DNA from: Octopus vulgaris
Taxonomy: Eukaryota
Length of the DNA: 64,000 bases
NCBI GenBank assembly: GCA_951406725.2
Contig: OX597832.1
Location: 31,248,001-31,312,000 of the forward strand
Direction of reading: 5' to 3'
Within the stretch, counting starts at the first letter, position 1. Every line of letters starts with the position of its first letter. Below are positions 62,721-64,000 of the stretch, piece by piece. Below the pieces are notes generated by a model that worked only from the letters and a program-made list of their open reading frames with translations, was not told the origin of the DNA and did no database searches. A program made the position numbers and the translations under genes.

Positions 62721-64000
62721 CTGCTCCCCCTCAAATGCTTCAGTTGGGATGCCCCTAAAATCTGACTAAAGGATCCTTAAACTTAAAAAACCCTTTTCCA
62801 GACAGGTCTGTTTCTTGGAACTTTTCTAGCCTGGAGTTGCTAATCATTAATCTATGCTGAGGGCTACATTCTTCAGTAGGGAAGATCTTTGCATTTATAT
62901 GCAATCATGCATCTTACTTTCTGATGAGAATGTAGTTGACCGTGCGAGTGTGGCCACCACACACACACACACACATTTGGGTGTGTTTACATCTGGCAAA
63001 TCAATCGAAAGTTAATGGAAGACATAATACAACATCACAGCTGCATACAATTCTAATTCTTAAATTTTATTTTGAAGAGAAAACATGCAAGTCTGGTGGC
63101 TTCAGTGACCAAAGAGTTGTTGCTATATTGAGGTGCAAGGTTTCTATTTGAAATATAAGCAGTGGGAAATATAGCAGGGAGGGATGAGGGATAACCCATC
63201 AATATTGCAAGCCACAAGTGGCAACATCATCTCTACCCTAAAGATAATAAAAAAAAACCTTGCGGGTCCTGTGCCTTCTTTCCAAGATATCTAAAATAAG
63301 GTCCCTTTAACTGAGAAATATAAGAATGTCAGAAAGGGCATCATCCGGCCATTAACCTAACAAATAGCATCACAAAAGGGATGAAAAATGAAACAAATAT
63401 GTCCACTTTCCCACGCTGCAAGGGGGCAGACCAAACACTGTACATCCTGTAGCCAAACCCAACTCATTCCCCCCTATTTTATAAAAAAAAAACACCAACA
63501 CCCCAATAGCTGGACATCTTGCTGCATCAGATTGTAAACAAATACAATCATAAAGAGAGTGGTACTTTCTTTACGCAGTGAGTAAATGAGCCCAAGACAA
63601 CGAGAAGATCCAAACAGTCAAACACATGAACATATGAAAGGGCTTTAAACAGTTTTTGCCTATTAATACCACACACAAAAAATCAGGCAGCATCAGGTGA
63701 TAGCAATTTGCATGCTGAGGGAATAAATCTGAAACCATGTGATTGGTCAAGGGAAGTCCTGGACCACATGGCTATGGCTCTTCCCCACACATTAATGCTG
63801 GTACAAAAAAAAAAGACACCCTTCTATATAAATATATATATATATAAAAAATTCTGCCAACATCTTAGATAACAATCAAAGTTATACATGTGACTGCAAA
63901 CTAATCTTTAATTTACATCGATGAGATGGAACTATGGATTTCTGTTTATTACAAACCTCCTGTAACACTATCTGGGTTACCTTAGAAAACAATATAGTAA

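Noticed and set aside
61000-63995. AAG|GTAA motifs on the minus strand near 61010 and 63980 as further ratchet points
   Set aside because: AAG acceptors with short or modest pyrimidine tracts and weak regenerated donors; consistent with chance.
47070-64000. Search for PTB exon 1 (expected ATG GAY GG|gt); ATG GAA GTA G|gtgagc near 53920 was considered
   Set aside because: No phase-2 candidate with a promoter-like context was found; the 53920 candidate is phase 1. Exon 1 is probably beyond the window.

Overview
AT-rich, microsatellite-dense eukaryotic genomic DNA. The tRNA-derived SINE families, mariner/R4/RTE relics and repeat density point to a coleoid cephalopod, most likely Octopus (inference). 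The main feature is a multi-exon minus-strand gene for the polypyrimidine tract-binding protein (PTBP1/PTBP2/hephaestus ortholog, four RRMs, about 560 aa). I traced it by hand from exon 2 (47045-47069) to the stop codon (21280), with consistent GT-AG sites and phases. Exon 1 was not found and probably lies beyond the window. A probable alternative Pro-rich first coding exon lies at 41771-41932, and a long TE-free U/C-rich 3' UTR probably runs to about 14 kb. The most notable part is the splicing-control architecture: (1) the 34-nt frameshifting exon equivalent to vertebrate PTBP1 exon 11 / PTBP2 exon 10, with a ~200-nt AG-exclusion zone; (2) two strong CU-tract + CAG|GT 'zero-length exon' (recursive-splice) sites in the next 1.2-kb intron, plus a third near the microexon; (3) a 21-nt UGC-flanked microexon in the RRM2-RRM3 linker; (4) a candidate 49-nt poison exon; (5) a miR-124 seed site in the proximal 3' UTR. 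Positions 1-12.5 kb are nested, decayed transposons and microsatellites. Most ORFs in the supplied track are microsatellite artefacts.
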